DNA of 64,000 nt from Rhizaria sp. SCN 62-66 (taxonomy: Eukaryota): contig MEDY01000054.1 of the NCBI GenBank assembly GCA_001724265.1, positions 1 through 64,000 of the forward strand, read 5' to 3'. Both the position numbers and the translations under genes were made by a program. This document shows, in pieces, positions 25,001-39,500 of the stretch. How positions within the stretch are numbered: position 1 is the first letter of the stretch; each line of letters starts with the position of its first letter. The notes below the pieces were generated by a model, which was not told the origin of the DNA, did no database searches, and was given only the letters and a program-made list of their open reading frames with translations.

Positions 25001-26300
25001 GGCCGACTGGAACACCCACCAGGGCTCGTACTTCGATTGTAGCAGTTATAACCAAGGTACACTTGATTCCAAGGCCGTCAATGAGCGCAATGAGAAAGAG
25101 GCCCAGACCCGCCGCATGCAAAAGCTGTACTTCTTCTTCTCCCGCTTCGAGGCCAACAAGTCCACGGCCGCCAGTGTCTCGCAGATGTACAAGAAGGCGC
25201 GCGCAGCCGGGCTCGTTCAAGGCACGGACTCCCTCAATGGCGTTGCTAATACGAGTCACAGTTCGTCGTTGCATAGTGTGGCGATGAGTGACGGCACGGA
25301 CAGCCCCTATAATCATCGCAGCGACAGCCCCGCCCCCACTGGCCCTGGCGCGTCAGGGCTCGATATGGAAGACGGAAGCCGGACGCCTCGTGGCACGGCA
25401 ACGCACTCGGCGGCAGCGCAGGCACGTGATAATGCGCTCCTTGCGACTGCGTTTGAAAATATTATCGAGGCGCGCACGTTCCTGCAATGGTCGTTTGCAT
25501 TTGCGTATTTCCTCAAGCCCACTGGGTTCAAGGAGCTCTTTGAGGCTCACCAGGCCAAGTACGTTTCCTGTTCATATTTGTTTAACAAAAACAAAACTTC
25601 GATTTCATTCACGTTTATCTCTGCCTGGTTTCATTTTGACGATCTATCGCTCACTTTTTTATTGTTTATTTTTTGCAAATTTGAATTTCGCTTCGAACTG
25701 CACTTCTATTCCAGGCTGTCTCTGGAGGCCGAGACGACGACGGAGATCCTGTCCCAGTGCAACGGCAAATACTCCGATATCACCGACTCCCCCTCCCTCC
25801 GCGAGCGTCTCATGCGCAGCTCACAGTCCCTCCGCAAATTCACCCGCGCTGTGTCTTCCTCAATCGTCGACAACGACGTGACTGCACTGGTTGATTACGA
25901 GACGGGCGACGGCGGCATGAAGAGCTGGTCGTGCACGCTGTGTCGACACGTGCATATCGTCGCGGCGCGCACTGACCTCTTCGGCGGCGCCGCCGTCTCC
26001 GCGGCCACCGAGACCTCTCTGGCACAGGCCAAGGCGGCGGGCGCGGACGCAAACGAGATCGCCGTGCTCCGGATGATTGCTGCTGACGCCGAGCAGCAGC
26101 AGTCGGGCCAATCTTCCCAATCCTCCCAGCAACAGGGGAAGGCGAAGGCGGCCGGCGCTAAGGCCGCTGCGGGCAGTGCGAAGGACAAGCTGAATGGGAG
26201 CGATATGGCGCAGTGGAGCAAGAAGGTGGAGTTTTGCTCCAAGTGTGACGCGTGTCGGGTGCATTCGGAGCAGGACTGCCGTGTGTGCAAGAAACGGTGA
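22100..26300 (+). CDS. Ariadne-family RBR E3 ubiquitin ligase, ~1,251 aa; exons 22100-24475, 24625-24743, 24884-25558, 25715-26300
   Basis: Acidic N-terminal region, UBA-like LLRRYDWDAPRL, RING1 (LACGHAMCTEHW), IBR (CSNPEC...CDCGTLSCLQC...HVPCPC), RING2 ([33 protein letters not shown]) and Ariadne domain (IIEARTFLQWSFAFAYFL...LFEAHQ). Three introns keep the frame. Ends in TGA. Confidence 0.93.
24531..24558 (+). repeat. (TTTTG)n microsatellite in Ariadne intron 1
   Basis: Five perfect TTTTG units followed by TTT. Confidence 0.85.
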
Positions 26301-27556
26301 ATATCTCACTCTAATGCATCGCACGTGGTGAGGTATGTATGTGCAGGAATTTGCGGGAAGCACTGCAACAACCAGCGACTTGACTGTGTGACTGTGACTG
26401 TGGTGTCTGCGAGGCGATGTGTGCGGGATTTAGATAGATAGATCGATATATGTAGATGAGTATTTTTGTTTTTGGTGTAGATAAGGTGGATTTTTGTAAC
26501 CTGACTTCAAGACGATTGGTTATGGTTAGTAAAGTTGCCAAGTCAGAATTTGAACACAGATATTTAAATTTCAAAGCGACCACAATCGAATAATAAGTTT
26601 TATATTCATCAAAGAATGTATATCCCGCGGTTTCTTCGATGATATTTTTTTTTAACAATTCTAGGATATCGACCAAAAAACACTTTCAACCACAAAAATA
26701 CAATTGTTCAAACTATAAGAGATTAAGAAATGCACATACCTCTGGAGTGAGAAAATAAATTACTCTCTAGTAATCTTCATCATTAGTTATTTTATAATCT
26801 GCCATGAATCCTACTTCAAACCACCCCTAGTTGCACGCGGTACATTAGAAGCCCCACCAACAGGGGACGTACCATCGAGGATGATGAGGAGACTGTGGGC
26901 ACAGCACGAATATGAACTATATCTTGCTTCAGAGAGGATCTTAGAGGACATAATAAGATTTTTACAGTACAATTTGTACACAATACTTTGGACATTCCGG
27001 TTAAGCGAATGATAACGGCAAGTGGGTGGTACATTTCATCGTCGATTTCAAGTCTCCATACCTTTCCTCTCTCGCGTGGCCGCTTGTGCAGTACGCGAAT
27101 CCCCGCCGGATCCTGCGTTGAATGCTCACAACTAGCGCCGATGCAAGTTTGAATGCGTATGATATGCGCCAGTTTTGTGCCATATGCGAGGTTATCACAC
27201 CCCACGCTTCTTTCCCGCCGCTGCATATCTGAGTCACAGCTCGTCGTGCGCTCATCGCTAAAGATCCGCACGTCTGACAATTCCATGTATATCTCTCGGT
27301 CCATATCTATTGACGAGATGTTGGCCTGGAACCACGAAATTAAACCACTTACCCTATCCAAATCCACGCTATTCTTGACTAGTAGCTTTGACTTTTCCGT
27401 AGATCAAGCTCTTTTCCATCGATCTCGCTTTCCCCGCTCTGCGCGCTGCCTCCTGGCTTCCCGCTCCTTCGACCCTCAACACCGGTCCCGCCTTTCTCTG
27501 TCTTTTCTTCGGACTCTGTCCACACTGCCCAGGCGGTCTTTGCGTCGCGATCAGCA

Positions 27557-30500
27557 ATGCACCCGTCCGGTGCGCCGAACGGCAACGCCCCCCAGCAGCA
27601 GATGCCTCCTCCGCCGCCCCCGCCACCTCCTTTCGGCTCGCGCCCCGCCGCGCCTTCGATCTCGCAGCCGCTGCCTCCGCCGCCACCGCCGTTTCCGGCC
27701 CACGCCGCGCCGCAGCCCGGCCCCGCCGCGCCCTACGCCACGTCGTCCGCGTCGGCGGTCGCATCTGGTCCAGCCTTTGGTGTTCCGCCGCCCCCGCCTC
27801 CGCCGCTGCCGCCTCTGCCGCCTCAGCAACAGCAGCAGCAGCCGCAGTTGCAGCAGCCGATGCAAGTTCAGCCGGCGCCGCAGCCGCAGCTCCAGCCGCC
27901 GCCTCCGCCACCTCAACACCCTCACGCTCCCCAACAGCAGCAACATTACCAGCAGCAACAGCAGCCCTCTCAACAGCAGCAGCACTCTCAGCAACATCAG
28001 CAACAGCAGCAGCTCTACCAGCAACAGCAGCAGCAGTCGCAGCAGTATCACGCCCCTGCGCCTGCGCCAGTGCCCGCGCCGCCTCCGCCGCCGCCGCCGG
28101 CGCCGTCAGCGCCCCCGCTGCCCTTGGCTCCGCTGCAAACCTCGCACCACATCAAGCAGGCGCATTTGGCCGCGCTCTCGATACTGGCGCCTTCCTTCGG
28201 GCTGGAGCCGCGGTTGGTGGCTTTGCTGCACCATCTGTCGACGATCACGCTTGTGCACCACGTCTCGCTCTCTGTCAGCGATAAATCCGCTGTTTTGGCA
28301 CGCCTCCTTGCCGAGGCCGGCGGTATCGCACGCTTGCTCGAGGCCTTCTTGCCCGACTGCGTCGTCACCGGTGGCGGGCTTGACTCGCAGGCCGAGGACG
28401 CCACCGCTGCCGCGGCCGCTGCGGCTGCTGCAGCGGCCGCGGTGACCAACGCGGCGCCTGGGGAGGGGCCTGCCGCGGCGGCGGCGGCGGCGGCGGCGGC
28501 CAGCGCTGCCGGCAGCGGCGGGAGTTTTTTCGCGCTGAAGAGCGGAGGCGGCCTAACTTCCGTTGCTGCGGGGAGTAACTACCGCGTTGAGAAGAGCCAT
28601 TCCACAGCATCTGCTGCTGCCGCTGCTGCTGCTGCTGGAGCTGGAGCCCATGGTCACCACTCGCACAGCCAGGGCCACAGCCTCGGGCGTCGCCACTCGC
28701 ACGGGCACAGCCATCACGGCCACGGCCACGGCCACGCTAGCAGTGCCACTGCGGGCGCGAGCGCAAGTGCGGGTGTGAAGCGGGACTCTGTGACGTTCTC
28801 TGCACCGTATGCTGCAAACAATGCAGGCGCTGGCGCCGGTGTCCGCAGCGGCGGCGCTGCCCCGGCGCCATCGTCGGACTCATCGTCCTCAAGCGGCCTG
28901 AGCGGCAGCGACAGTGACAGCCATGATAGCGACGACGAGACGCCCTCAACCACCAGCGATACGGGTTCCAGCGACAGCGATGACGACCTGAACAACAGTA
29001 GCGACAACGCTGTAGCTGCCAACACCGCGGTCAACGGCGCCGCGTTCCGTGGAAACCGCAGTTCTGCTGTTGCTACGGGTGGAAATAGCACTAGCGCTCG
29101 CGCTAGCAGTCGTTTCAGCAGTCGCCACGCGCGCCCTAATACAGGCACGCCTTCTGCGCGCGATTTCCTCCGCACTGCGCGCGCCGCACTCACATCTGCC
29201 TCCACTTGTGCAAACAACAGTGCCAATGCAGGTGCGCGTGGAGCCACACCGACGGTGGACGAGAGCGGCGATCACACTTATTACCGCCATTACACGCGTC
29301 GCTCGCACTTGTCGCCCGCTGCTGTGGCGCGCCAGGGCCAGGGCCGCGCGACCCGCATCACGGTCAAACTCGGCAATGTCGTGCCGCTGCCGGAGACGGT
29401 GCCACGGGTGCTGTGCTACCGCGTCCGCTCCCCGGCAGCGCTGGCAAGCGCTAACGGCGCCAGCGCGGCCGCCGGTGACGCCGACAGCAGCGGGGACCGG
29501 TTCTTCTACAAGGTGATCCCTGCGTCGCGCTCGCAGAGCCCGCTGTTCGGTGTCATCGTCTCGGTGGACCCCACGGCTGCCGCTCTTGCGGAGGGTTACG
29601 CTGCCACCGCGTTAGGCGCCGCGCAAGTCACGTTCACGTCTGCGTTGCGCGCCGCTGTGGTGTCGCTGCAGACCGAGCTTGCGCAGGACCCGTCACTGAC
29701 CTCGCAGCAGCGCCGCGACAGGCTCGCAGTGACGGTGCGCGCGCTGCGGCCGCTGCTGAGCGAGGACGATCCGTACGTGAAGCTGCTTGCCACGCAGCTG
29801 ACTGGTCCCGCCGCCGTCGGCTCGGCCGCGAATGCCGTCGCGGCGGCGGTTACGGCTGCGTCCAACGCCAGCGCCGCAGCCGCCTCCGTGCCGACCGCTG
29901 TCGCCGAGGCCGAGGCGTCCGTGGCCGCGGGCGCGGCCGTGCTTGCGACGCTAGGTTACTCTGACGCCGCGCTGTCGCCCCCTCTCGCTGTGCTCACCGC
30001 GGCGCGCTCTGCCGGCGTCACGGCCACGGGCGTGCTGCCTGCGTTCCCGCAGCAACACGGCACTGCTTCGATGGGCGCGACGGCAACGAACAGCACTGCG
30101 AGCGCCCCCGCTGCTGCTGGTGCTGCGTCTGGCACCGCTGGCGCTGCTGCTACTGCTGCTGTGCCAGAGGACGAGGTTGTGGCGGCTGAGACGCGCCGGC
30201 TCGCGCGCTGTCTGCTGCGGTCCTCCCGCTTCCGCCCCGGCACCGTGCTCGCCTCAGCCGCCGCAGCCGCAGACTCGCCCACCGCGGTGCTTTCTCTCCA
30301 CGGCCTCAGCTACGACCACACGCGCTCTACCGCGCTCACCGACGCCTTTACCCAGCACGCCTTCTCGCTGCTGTCTTCGCTCGCCGTCTCTACGGTGCAC
30401 ACGCTGCGGCTGCTCACGGTCACCTCATCGCCCGCCCCGCCCGCGGCGACGACGGCTGCGGGGGGCGCTGCGCCCGCCGCTGGTGGCAGCAGCGCTGCGA

Positions 30501-33500
30501 GTCCCGCTGGCGGCTCGACCCCCGGCGGCGCCGCCGCTGCCGCCGCCGCCGCCGCTGCTGCCGCCGCGTCCGCCGCCGCGGCCGCGACCACGGTGAACGA
30601 CTCGCTCACGCGCGCACACGCCCTGCGGCTGATTCGCTACGTGACTGCGTCGTCCCCGCGTGTTGCCATGGCCGCGCTGGCGCTGCACTTGGACATCATC
30701 GCAGCGCGCGCGCTCGAGCGCGAGAGCAGGTTCGTGTGGGAGCGGCTCCAGGCGGTGAAGCTGATCAAGGCCTGGCACGCGCTGGCCGTGCGCGGCGCGG
30801 GCGCCGTGGGCGGTATGGTGGCATCTGCGCTCACCGTTACCCCGGAGACGCCCTTGCTTGTCGTCGCCGCGGCCGCTGCGGCGGTTGGTGGCGGCGCCGG
30901 CGCTCTGGTGTCGTCGTCAAACAACCCAAACTCTATCAGTACCTCTGATGGCAACAGTAACGCATCTGGTGCGTTGATTAAGGTTGATGGTAAAGATCGG
31001 TACGTCACCGCACCGCTCGCCGCTGCCACTGGCACTGCGGGCGCGTACCCCGGGTTCATCTCGACCACTTCTGTCGCGGTCAGCGTGGCGAACGTGTTCT
31101 CGCGCCACCGCACCACCGGCACCGGCGGCCGCAAGCCCCGTGTGTGCCGTTTCTGCCGGTACAACCAGCGCAGTGTCAATACGACCGTTGCCACTCCCGT
31201 CGCCGCGCCGGCCGCGCCCGTCAGCGGCCTGCGCCCGCGCGGGCTCGCGCCTATCGTCGTCGCCCGCGCCCCCGCTGCCAATGCAAGCACGACTGCGCGC
31301 GCTAGTACTGTCGCGAAGCCCGCGCCCACGCACTGCACGTGCCTTCCCGCTCCTGCCGCTTCCGCTTCTACTGCGGCGGCGTATGAGGCAGCAGTCCCCG
31401 CGGGCCCGCGGCGCCGCACGCGCGTCACCACCGTCGACGTCGTCACTCAGCTGCATCCTCTACGCTTGCTCGCGCTTTCCCGGCCTATCGCCATCGCGCT
31501 TCTCGCCGTCGCCGGCGCTGAACGCGACGAATTCCGCCGCGTAGCTCTCGACTGCTTGCTCGAGCTGGCCGTGACGCAGCCCGCGCTGGCGGCGTCTGCA
31601 GGCGCCATGCCTCTGCTACAGGCCGCGGCGACCGACCCTGCGCTGTCCGACGTCGCAGGCCCTATCATCTCGACACTGTTCCGCCTTGTTGACGTTTCCG
31701 CAGGCCGTTTACTGTGCCAGCCGCGTGTCGTCATGTCATCTGTCGTCTCTGCGCTGTCCGATATCACAACCCCGCCTGGCCCTGAACGCGAGGCGCAGTA
31801 CGCGTCTGCCGTGCGCTTCGTCGTTTCCGCGGTCAAGACGCTGCCTGGCCTGTGGATGCTCGCGTCCTCAGGCGCAATGGGCGTCCGCAGCATCGTACAC
31901 TTGCTCACCCTGCCGTTCCAGACCGCTGAGGCCGCCACAGACGCCATTGCGGGCGGCAACGCGGCCGCGCCGGGCGCCGACGCCAAGGCCGCTGGGCTCC
32001 GCGGCGGGGCAGACGCCGGCGGCATCGGCGGCGGCGGCGGCGGCGCGGGCGCGCCCGGCGCGGCGCCCGGCGGCGGCAGCGGCGGCAGCGGCGGCCACAG
32101 CTCCTGGATGCGCGAGGCTGCGTTCGCCGTGTTGATCGAGCTCGTCGCGCTCGCGCGATCGACCGACGTCGTGGCGTTCGCACACAGCCGCGGGACCTGG
32201 GGCCCCCACGGCAGCAACACCGTCTACGCGCAGGCGACTGCGACCGCGGCCGCCACCGCCTCCGGCGGCCACGCGCGCGCCGGTGGTGCTGGCGGGCTCA
32301 CCGGCGGAAACGTCGCCGCCGGCGGCCGCACTGGGGCGCGGTACTACTCCGGCGCTGCGGGCGGCGCGGCCGGGTTCGGCGGCGGCTTTGGCTTCGGCTT
32401 TGGCGGCGTCGGCGGAGCTCCGGGAGGGCTCGCCGGCGGCGGCAGCGGCGGCGGCGGCTGGGGCGGTGTAGACGCCGTTGCCGCGGCCGCCTCTGCTGCT
32501 GCTGCGGCGGGGTCTGGGTCTGCGCTGGACTCTGCTCTGCGGCCACCGATTGCGCTCGAAGGCGTGAACTTGTCGCATCATCACGCAGCGCTGTTGCTGC
32601 GGATGGTGCTTGAAGCCGGCGTCGTGGAGCATCTGTCGCTCGTCGTCATGGCGCAGGAGCCCCATTTCTCAGACGTCGCCACTGCGCTGCTGTGCGAGAT
32701 CCTCCGTCTCTCCATTCTGCTGCTTCCTAAGGCGATCTACTCGCGCGTGTCCACCTTCCCCACTGTGCTGCAGTACGCCGTCATGTCAGCCACTGCGCCG
32801 CCCTTTGCGGCCGCGGAGCCCGCCCCACGCTTGCACGGCGGCAGCGCTGCGTTCGGCGGCGCGTACCCCGGTTTCAACGCTATGAATAACAACAGCAGCA
32901 GCAACAACGCCAGCAGCAGCAGCGCAGCGCTGTCGGATATGACGTCGCGTCTGTGGCTGGACTTGGCGTCCGGCCACAGCGCACTGGCGCCCGAGGCTGC
33001 GGCCGCTGTGACCGCGACCAAGATGCTCTGGTCCTCAGGCGGCTTGACTTCTCTCACCGCGGCGACGTCATCCGCGCGGCTGCCGCAGCTGTACGCTTCC
33101 AACGCGTATTCATCGTCTTCGGCGCGGTCCGCGGCCAACAATAACAACCCCGCTGCCGTCGCGGCCGCCGCTGTGGCGAATCCCTTCGCGCTGCCTCTGT
33201 CCATGCTTCCCCAGAGCCAGAGCAGCGGCTTCACCACCGCAGCGCTGCCCACGCTCAACGCTGCGAGCGTCAACACGGCCGTCGCACACGCGCTCGCACT
33301 CGCGTTCACATGCCCCGGCCTCGGCGGCGCTCCGGGCGCGGGCGGATACCTGCACCCGCTGCTCGCAGGCCCGCTGGACGTCGAGGCCGGGTTCGAGCTC
33401 GACACCACAGCCGCCAGCGCCGTCGCGTTGTGTGCCAGTGGCGGCGCGGTGTCCGGCGGTGTCGCCGGCGTGCGCGGACCGCACACGGGCGCGGGCGGCG

Positions 33501-36500
33501 CGGCGGCGGCGGCGGGCGCGGTCGCTGCGGGCGGCGCCATCGCTGCCGGCGGCGGCCAGTTCACGGTGACCAACTCACAGCACAACATGCGTGCGATGAC
33601 GAATTTGCTGTATATGATGCAGGCGCCGCTGTCGACTCACGGCGCGGTCACGCCCAAGGGCAACGCGCTTCCGCCGGCGGGTTTGACGTGGGACTCGATG
33701 GCCTGGGGCACTGCTGCGCCGCCGCAGCCCACGCTATCGGGCTACCCGCTGCGCCCTCACGGCCACGGCCACGGCCACGGGCATGCGAACGTGCACGCTG
33801 GGCACGGCGCGTATGGCGGCGCTGGCGGGCTTCAGACACCGGCTGCTGCGGCGGCCGCGGCGGCGGACATCGTTGGCGCAATTGGTGCCGCGACGATTGC
33901 CGCCGCCGCGTCGGGTGGTGTTAACCCTCTCGGTCTTGCCTCGGCAGCTTCCGGTGCCGCTGGCGCCGCTGCTGCCGCTGCCGCTGCTGGCGGCGACGCG
34001 AGCTCTGCGGCCGCTGTTCTGTCGCCTGACCCCGTGTTCGTGCACCGTCTCAACACGCTGGCTTTCGTTCTTGGCAACAACGACGGCGACACGCGCCAGT
34101 CGAACCGCTCACTGTTGCGGTACAAGGCGCTCACGATGCTGCTCTCGCTGTTTCGCGACAACCTGGCCTTTTTCGAGACGGCCAGCTCCGGTGGCGGCGG
34201 CGGCGGCTCCGGCGCCGGCGGCAGCGGCAGCGGCGGTGGCATCCCTCCCGCGTCCGCGCGCATCGGCTGGGGCAGCGCAACGTGCCCCGTGCTGCCGTTC
34301 TCCGTCGCCGCAGCCTCCGCTGCCGCCGCCGCTGCCTCGGGCTCCGCCCTGGGTCCCGGCTCAGCAGCGGCAGGCGCGGGCGGCGCCGGCACTGGCGCGG
34401 GCTCCACTCTCCACAGCGTCCACCCCGGCCTCGACCGTTCGCTGCTCTCGGGCTCGTTTGCGGTCGGCCTGGGCGGGTTTGCGTCCTCTGCCGACGGCGC
34501 GGCCTCGGGCAGCGATCTCGCAGCCGCCGCGACGGCGATGCGCCCGTATGTTCGCCTCGCCTACCGCGGCGCTGCGCTCGCTCCTCTCCACGGCTCCAGC
34601 TCCAGCTCTAGTTCTAGCTCGAGCTCGAGCTCGATGATGGCCGGCAGCGGTATGACCTCAATGCGCGGCGTTTCCCCCTTTAACGCCCCCGCCGCGCCCT
34701 CGGCCACGCCGCGCTCCGGTGCTTCCGGCGGTAGCTCCGGCTCCGGCTCTAGCGCGGCGAGTGCGGCGCTGACGGTGCAGTCAGTAACGCTGTCCGCGTC
34801 ACCTTTGGACGTGTTGCTTCACCGCGCGCCTGTGTACGCCAGCGGTGGCACGCGCCCCGGCTTCCTGGCGTCCGATATTGACGCTTCGACGCTTAACACT
34901 CTGCCGATCCCAGCCACAGTCATTGCCGCGCTCGCGTCACCCGTGGTCACATCGGCGACGTACTCGGCGTCAACGCCCGCGCTCACGGCGCCCGCGGCCT
35001 CTGCAGTCGCCGCGTCGCCGCGCGGGGGCGGCGTCGCGGCCCCCGCGGCCGGCGGTGGCGCCCCGCGCGGTGTCCTCGCGGTCTCCACCCTCGGCGCACT
35101 TGCAGTCAGCATCGGCGCGGGACCCGCTGTCATCGCAACCGCGGTCCGCGCCGCCGCGCTGCTCGCCGCCGCCGCGCCCGCCGCCGCGCCCGCGCTAGGG
35201 CTCGCGCTCATGCCCGGCACCGCAACCGGCGGCGGCGGCGGCAGCGGCGGCGGCGCGGCGGATGGCAACGATTTTAACGGTGGCACGGTGCGCGGTGGTA
35301 GCATGCTGATGGACGCCATTGGCACCATCCGCGGCGGTGCAGGCGGCTTAACTTCCATCAGTGCCGGCACTTTCGCCGCTCCGGGCTCGACTATCGGCGC
35401 CGGCAGCAACGGGACCCTGGCGGGTGCGCCTGCGTTCGTCACAACGCCCGCGCCGGGCAGTCTAGCTGCGCTGCCGCTAACCGTGAACGCGCCTGGTGGG
35501 CCCGTGCTCGCGGTCACTGCCGCGCACTCCACTGGCGGCTCCGCAGCACTGGCGCCCGATCAGCCGTCGGCCTTCACTGGCTCCGGCGCATCATCATCGT
35601 CTTCGGCTTCATCGTCATCGGCTGGCACGCCCGTGGGCTCTGCGACTGTACGCGCCGTCACAGCAGCGCTGCTGTCGTCCGGCGTCCACGCCGGCTCGAG
35701 TGTGATGACGCAGACGTACGCCGACTCGACCAACATCTCCGCCCCGGCCGCGCTAGCTGCGTTCGCCGCCGCGACTGCCGCCGCCGTAGCCGCCGCGGGC
35801 GCGGGCTCTGGCGCGGGCGGCGCGGGCCAGTCAGCGGGTTCCTCGTCCTCGTCCTCCGCCGCTGCGGCCGCCGCTGCCGCGGCCGCCGCGGCGGCCGCGG
35901 GCGGTCTGGCTCCCGGCGCGCCGCGTCTCGCGTCGATGGCCGACATCGGCGGTCTCCACAACCCGTGGGTGACGCTCAGCCGCGCGTTCGGACTTTCTCT
36001 GCTGCTGTCCGCTGCGGGCGCGCTGCGCTCCTCTGCGCCCGCGCCCGACGCCAGCGGCAGCGGCGCCAGCACCGCGCTCGTCCCCGCCGGCGCTGGCGGC
36101 GCCTCTAGCGCTGCCGGCGGCGCACTCGCGTCCCCAGGCAGCGGCGGCGGCGGCAACGGCGCGAGCGGCTCCGCCATGTCGCTCGCCGCGCTCGCGCAGA
36201 ACTCAATCGCGTCGCTGCTGGGCAGTGGCGCGCTCGCGGCGGCCGCGCAGGGCACGTTCCGTGCGCTCGGCAGCTGCGGCGTGTCGACATCATCGCTCAT
36301 CATGCCCTATTACCATATCGGCGCGAGCCCCTCCGTGCTGCCACCGCCGCCCGCGGGCCGCGCGGCCGCGCTGCCGCGTGGCATGGGCTTCGCGATGGGC
36401 TCAGGCGCCGCGGGCTCGCCCTCCGCTGCCGCCGCCGCCGCCGCGGCCGCCGCTGCTTCGGCCACTGCGCAGGCGCATTTGACATCGACCATGCTCTCCG

Positions 36501-39500
36501 CCGCGCTGGCGCCCGCGGCCGCAGTCGCCGTCGCCGCCGCCAACGCGTTCCTGCCCTGGGCGACCGAGGGCGCGGGCGCCGCGGGCGCTGGCACTGCCGG
36601 TTCGCTCGGCATCGGCTCACTCTGGGCGTCTGCCTCCGGTGGCGCGGCCGCGGGCGGCGGCGGTGGTTCCGACGCCACCGCGGCAGGCACCGGCGCGGCC
36701 GCGGGCTCCGCGACAGGCGGCGCCACGGGCGCGGGCGGCAGCGGCAGCAGCAGTGGCAACAGCGGCGGCGCCTCGTCCTCCGTCTCCGGCTCCGGCCCCG
36801 GCAGCGGGCTCTCCGGCGGCGCGCTGGCGGTGTTTGGCGCCCGCGCGCGCGGCGTCTCCGGTCTCCCACTGACCGGCGTCTCTGCGTCCGCGCGACGCGT
36901 CAACTACTTCGCGCACGGCATTAACATCACGTTGTACGCGCACGCGGCGGACTTCACGGCCGCGCGCGGTCGCTTCCGCGGCTGGGCTGTCAGCGCGTTG
37001 AGCTCGCCACTTGCTGGTGTATCGCCCGCCGTTGTCTCAACGCTCTCCAACGCGCTTGCGCCGTCGTCGTCTCCGTACGCGGCGGCCGCAGCGGGCTCCA
37101 CTGCGTCGCCTTCGGCCGCGGCCGCAGCGGCTGCGCTGAGCGCAGCAGTCGCTGCCGCCGCAGCCGCGTCTGGCTTCGGCGCCGGCGCCTTCTCCGCCGC
37201 GGCCGCTGCGGGCGGCACCGGTGTTTCCGCCGCTGCCGCCATGGCCGCAGCTACCGCGCTTGTTTCCGACAGCGATTCCGCCGTCGCCGCCGCGGCCACG
37301 GCCGCTGTGGCGTCCGCGCTGGCCGCGTCAGGCCGGTTCTCGTCCTCTGCCGCCACCGCGGCCGCCGCAGCCGCGTCCGGCGGCGGCGCGACTCTCAACG
37401 GCGGCACCGCGGCAGTAATCGCCGCCGCCACCGCCACTGTCGCGGGTCCCTCAGCGTGCACGTTGGCCTCCTCCGCGACCGGCGTGGGCACAGGCGCGGG
37501 CACGACGCTCGACGGCAGCGCGGGCGCCGAGGCCGCGGCGCTGGCGTCGACGGTGATCCCCACGGACCCGCTGCTCGCGGTGCTGCGCGCGCAGCTTGAG
37601 GGCTCGATTGACGACGCTGTGTTCAACGCGAAGCTTAAGGACTGCGGTATCTTGCAAACGAAGGATGTGTCGCAGTGGAATTTCCCACTGATCTTGCACT
37701 TGCTTGAGACGGTGTTTCCGGTCAATCACGCGCTGTTTGTCGCCACGCTGACCAAGACCAAGTTTTTCAAGCGTCTGTTGTCGATGCTGCGGCCTGAGAA
37801 GCGCATGTTCTCAGACTTGGAGTGGGCTCCGATGCACTTCATCCTCGGCAAGGTTGCCGCACAGCTCTTCACTGTGCTGCTGATGTACGCTGAGGGACGC
37901 GAGTACGTCTTCTTCACCCAGCTCGTCGAGCTCATCTCCGGTCTGCTTATCGAGGAAATGCAGCGCTCAGCGGCACTGGCGCAGATGCAGGCTTCGGCCC
38001 GCGCGCGCGCTGCTGCGGCCGCCGCTGCGGCCGCCGCCGCTGCTGCTGCCGCCGCGGCTGCTGCTGCAAACTCCGGCTACGGTGGCGGCGTTTCGACCCA
38101 GCAGCAAATCGCGCTGCCCCGCTACACTGGCGGTCCGTCTCCGTCGGTGTCGCTGTCTTCGGCGCCCGTTGCAGGGAGCGGCGCGAATCACAGCTCGTCG
38201 CCCGCTTTCACGCCCGCGACCGCGGCGCCTGCGTCTCCTCTGGTGGCATCGTCCAAGCCGCGCTCGTTCTTGTCGCGACTGTCGTTCGCCACGCTCCGCG
38301 GCTCCTCCGCGTCCACCGCTGCCGCTGCCGCCGCTGCCGCCAACGGAAACGTCACCGGCCGCGCCACCGTGTCTGCTGCACCGCAGTCAATCACGAACGC
38401 GAGCTTCTTCGACTCGTTCGAGCCCATCAACGCGCCGCCGCCGCCGCCTCCGCTGCCCGGAATGAGCGGCTCTGTCAGCGCCAGCGGTGCCACCGGTGTC
38501 AGCGGCAACACCGCTGCGCCGTTCTCGCTCGCCTCGCTGGCGCATCTTAACCCGACACGCGCCTCTGTCGCGCCCGCATCGTACGACGCGTACTGGTCCA
38601 CGGGCGCCGCGGCGGCTTCCGCTGCCGCCGGCTCCGGCGCCGGTGGGCAGTACACCTCAGCGCTCGCGCAGTCCTTCCTGGTCCCGGCCCCGCTGGACCT
38701 TCCCCTCGCGGGCGCGGCGGCGGGCGCGGCGGTCACCGCGGCCGCCGCCGCCAACGCAGTCGCGGCCGCGGGCGCGGGACTCGTACCGTATACTGCGGGC
38801 GCGACCGGCGGTGCCGGCGGCGCGGGCGCGGACGGTAGCGGCGGTGCGGGCGCCGGCGCTGGCGCGGGCGGAGACGCTGGCACGATTAATGGCAGCTCTG
38901 TGTTTGCGCATTTCACACATATTTCGTCGACGATTAAGACGATGCGCAAGTTCCGTCCCTTTTCGCGCCAGTTTGTCACCACCAAGATGGCCCGCGAGTA
39001 CATTACGCTGCTCGGCATTCTTACTTCTTCACACGTACGTTCCGCAACATCAATCGGCTTACATTTTAATATAATTTTCTGCTACTTTTAATATCTTGAG
39101 TTTTTTAATTCAATCTCACGTTTTTAACTCATGTTAACTATTGTTTTCGTATGTTTTAGCACGGCACCGCGCTGCTGCACGCGCACGGCGTCTTCGCCCG
39201 CCTGCCCGTGTTCGCTCTGACACGCTCCAAGCTGTACCTGCTGCGCGCTTTCGCTCACTCGCTCGACTTCGAGGCCTGCGCCCCGGCCCGCGCCGTGCTC
39301 GAGTCGTGGATCCTCATCGGCTCCGATGACGCCCGCCGCGAGCTCTTGCCGCTATTGTCGCATCTCTCGATCACGCTTGCGCCGTGCTCCACCGCGGCCT
39401 CGCCTTCGGGCGCGGCGTTTACGACCCCCGGTCTCGGCCCCGGCGCCGGCGCAGCGGGCGCGACGGGCGCGGCCGGGGCGTTCGCGCGTTACTCGGTCGG

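Noticed and set aside
26816-27367. 183-aa minus-strand ORF upstream of RICTOR
   Set aside because: Non-ATG start in the track, intermediate GC, no motif and none of the codon bias of the real genes.
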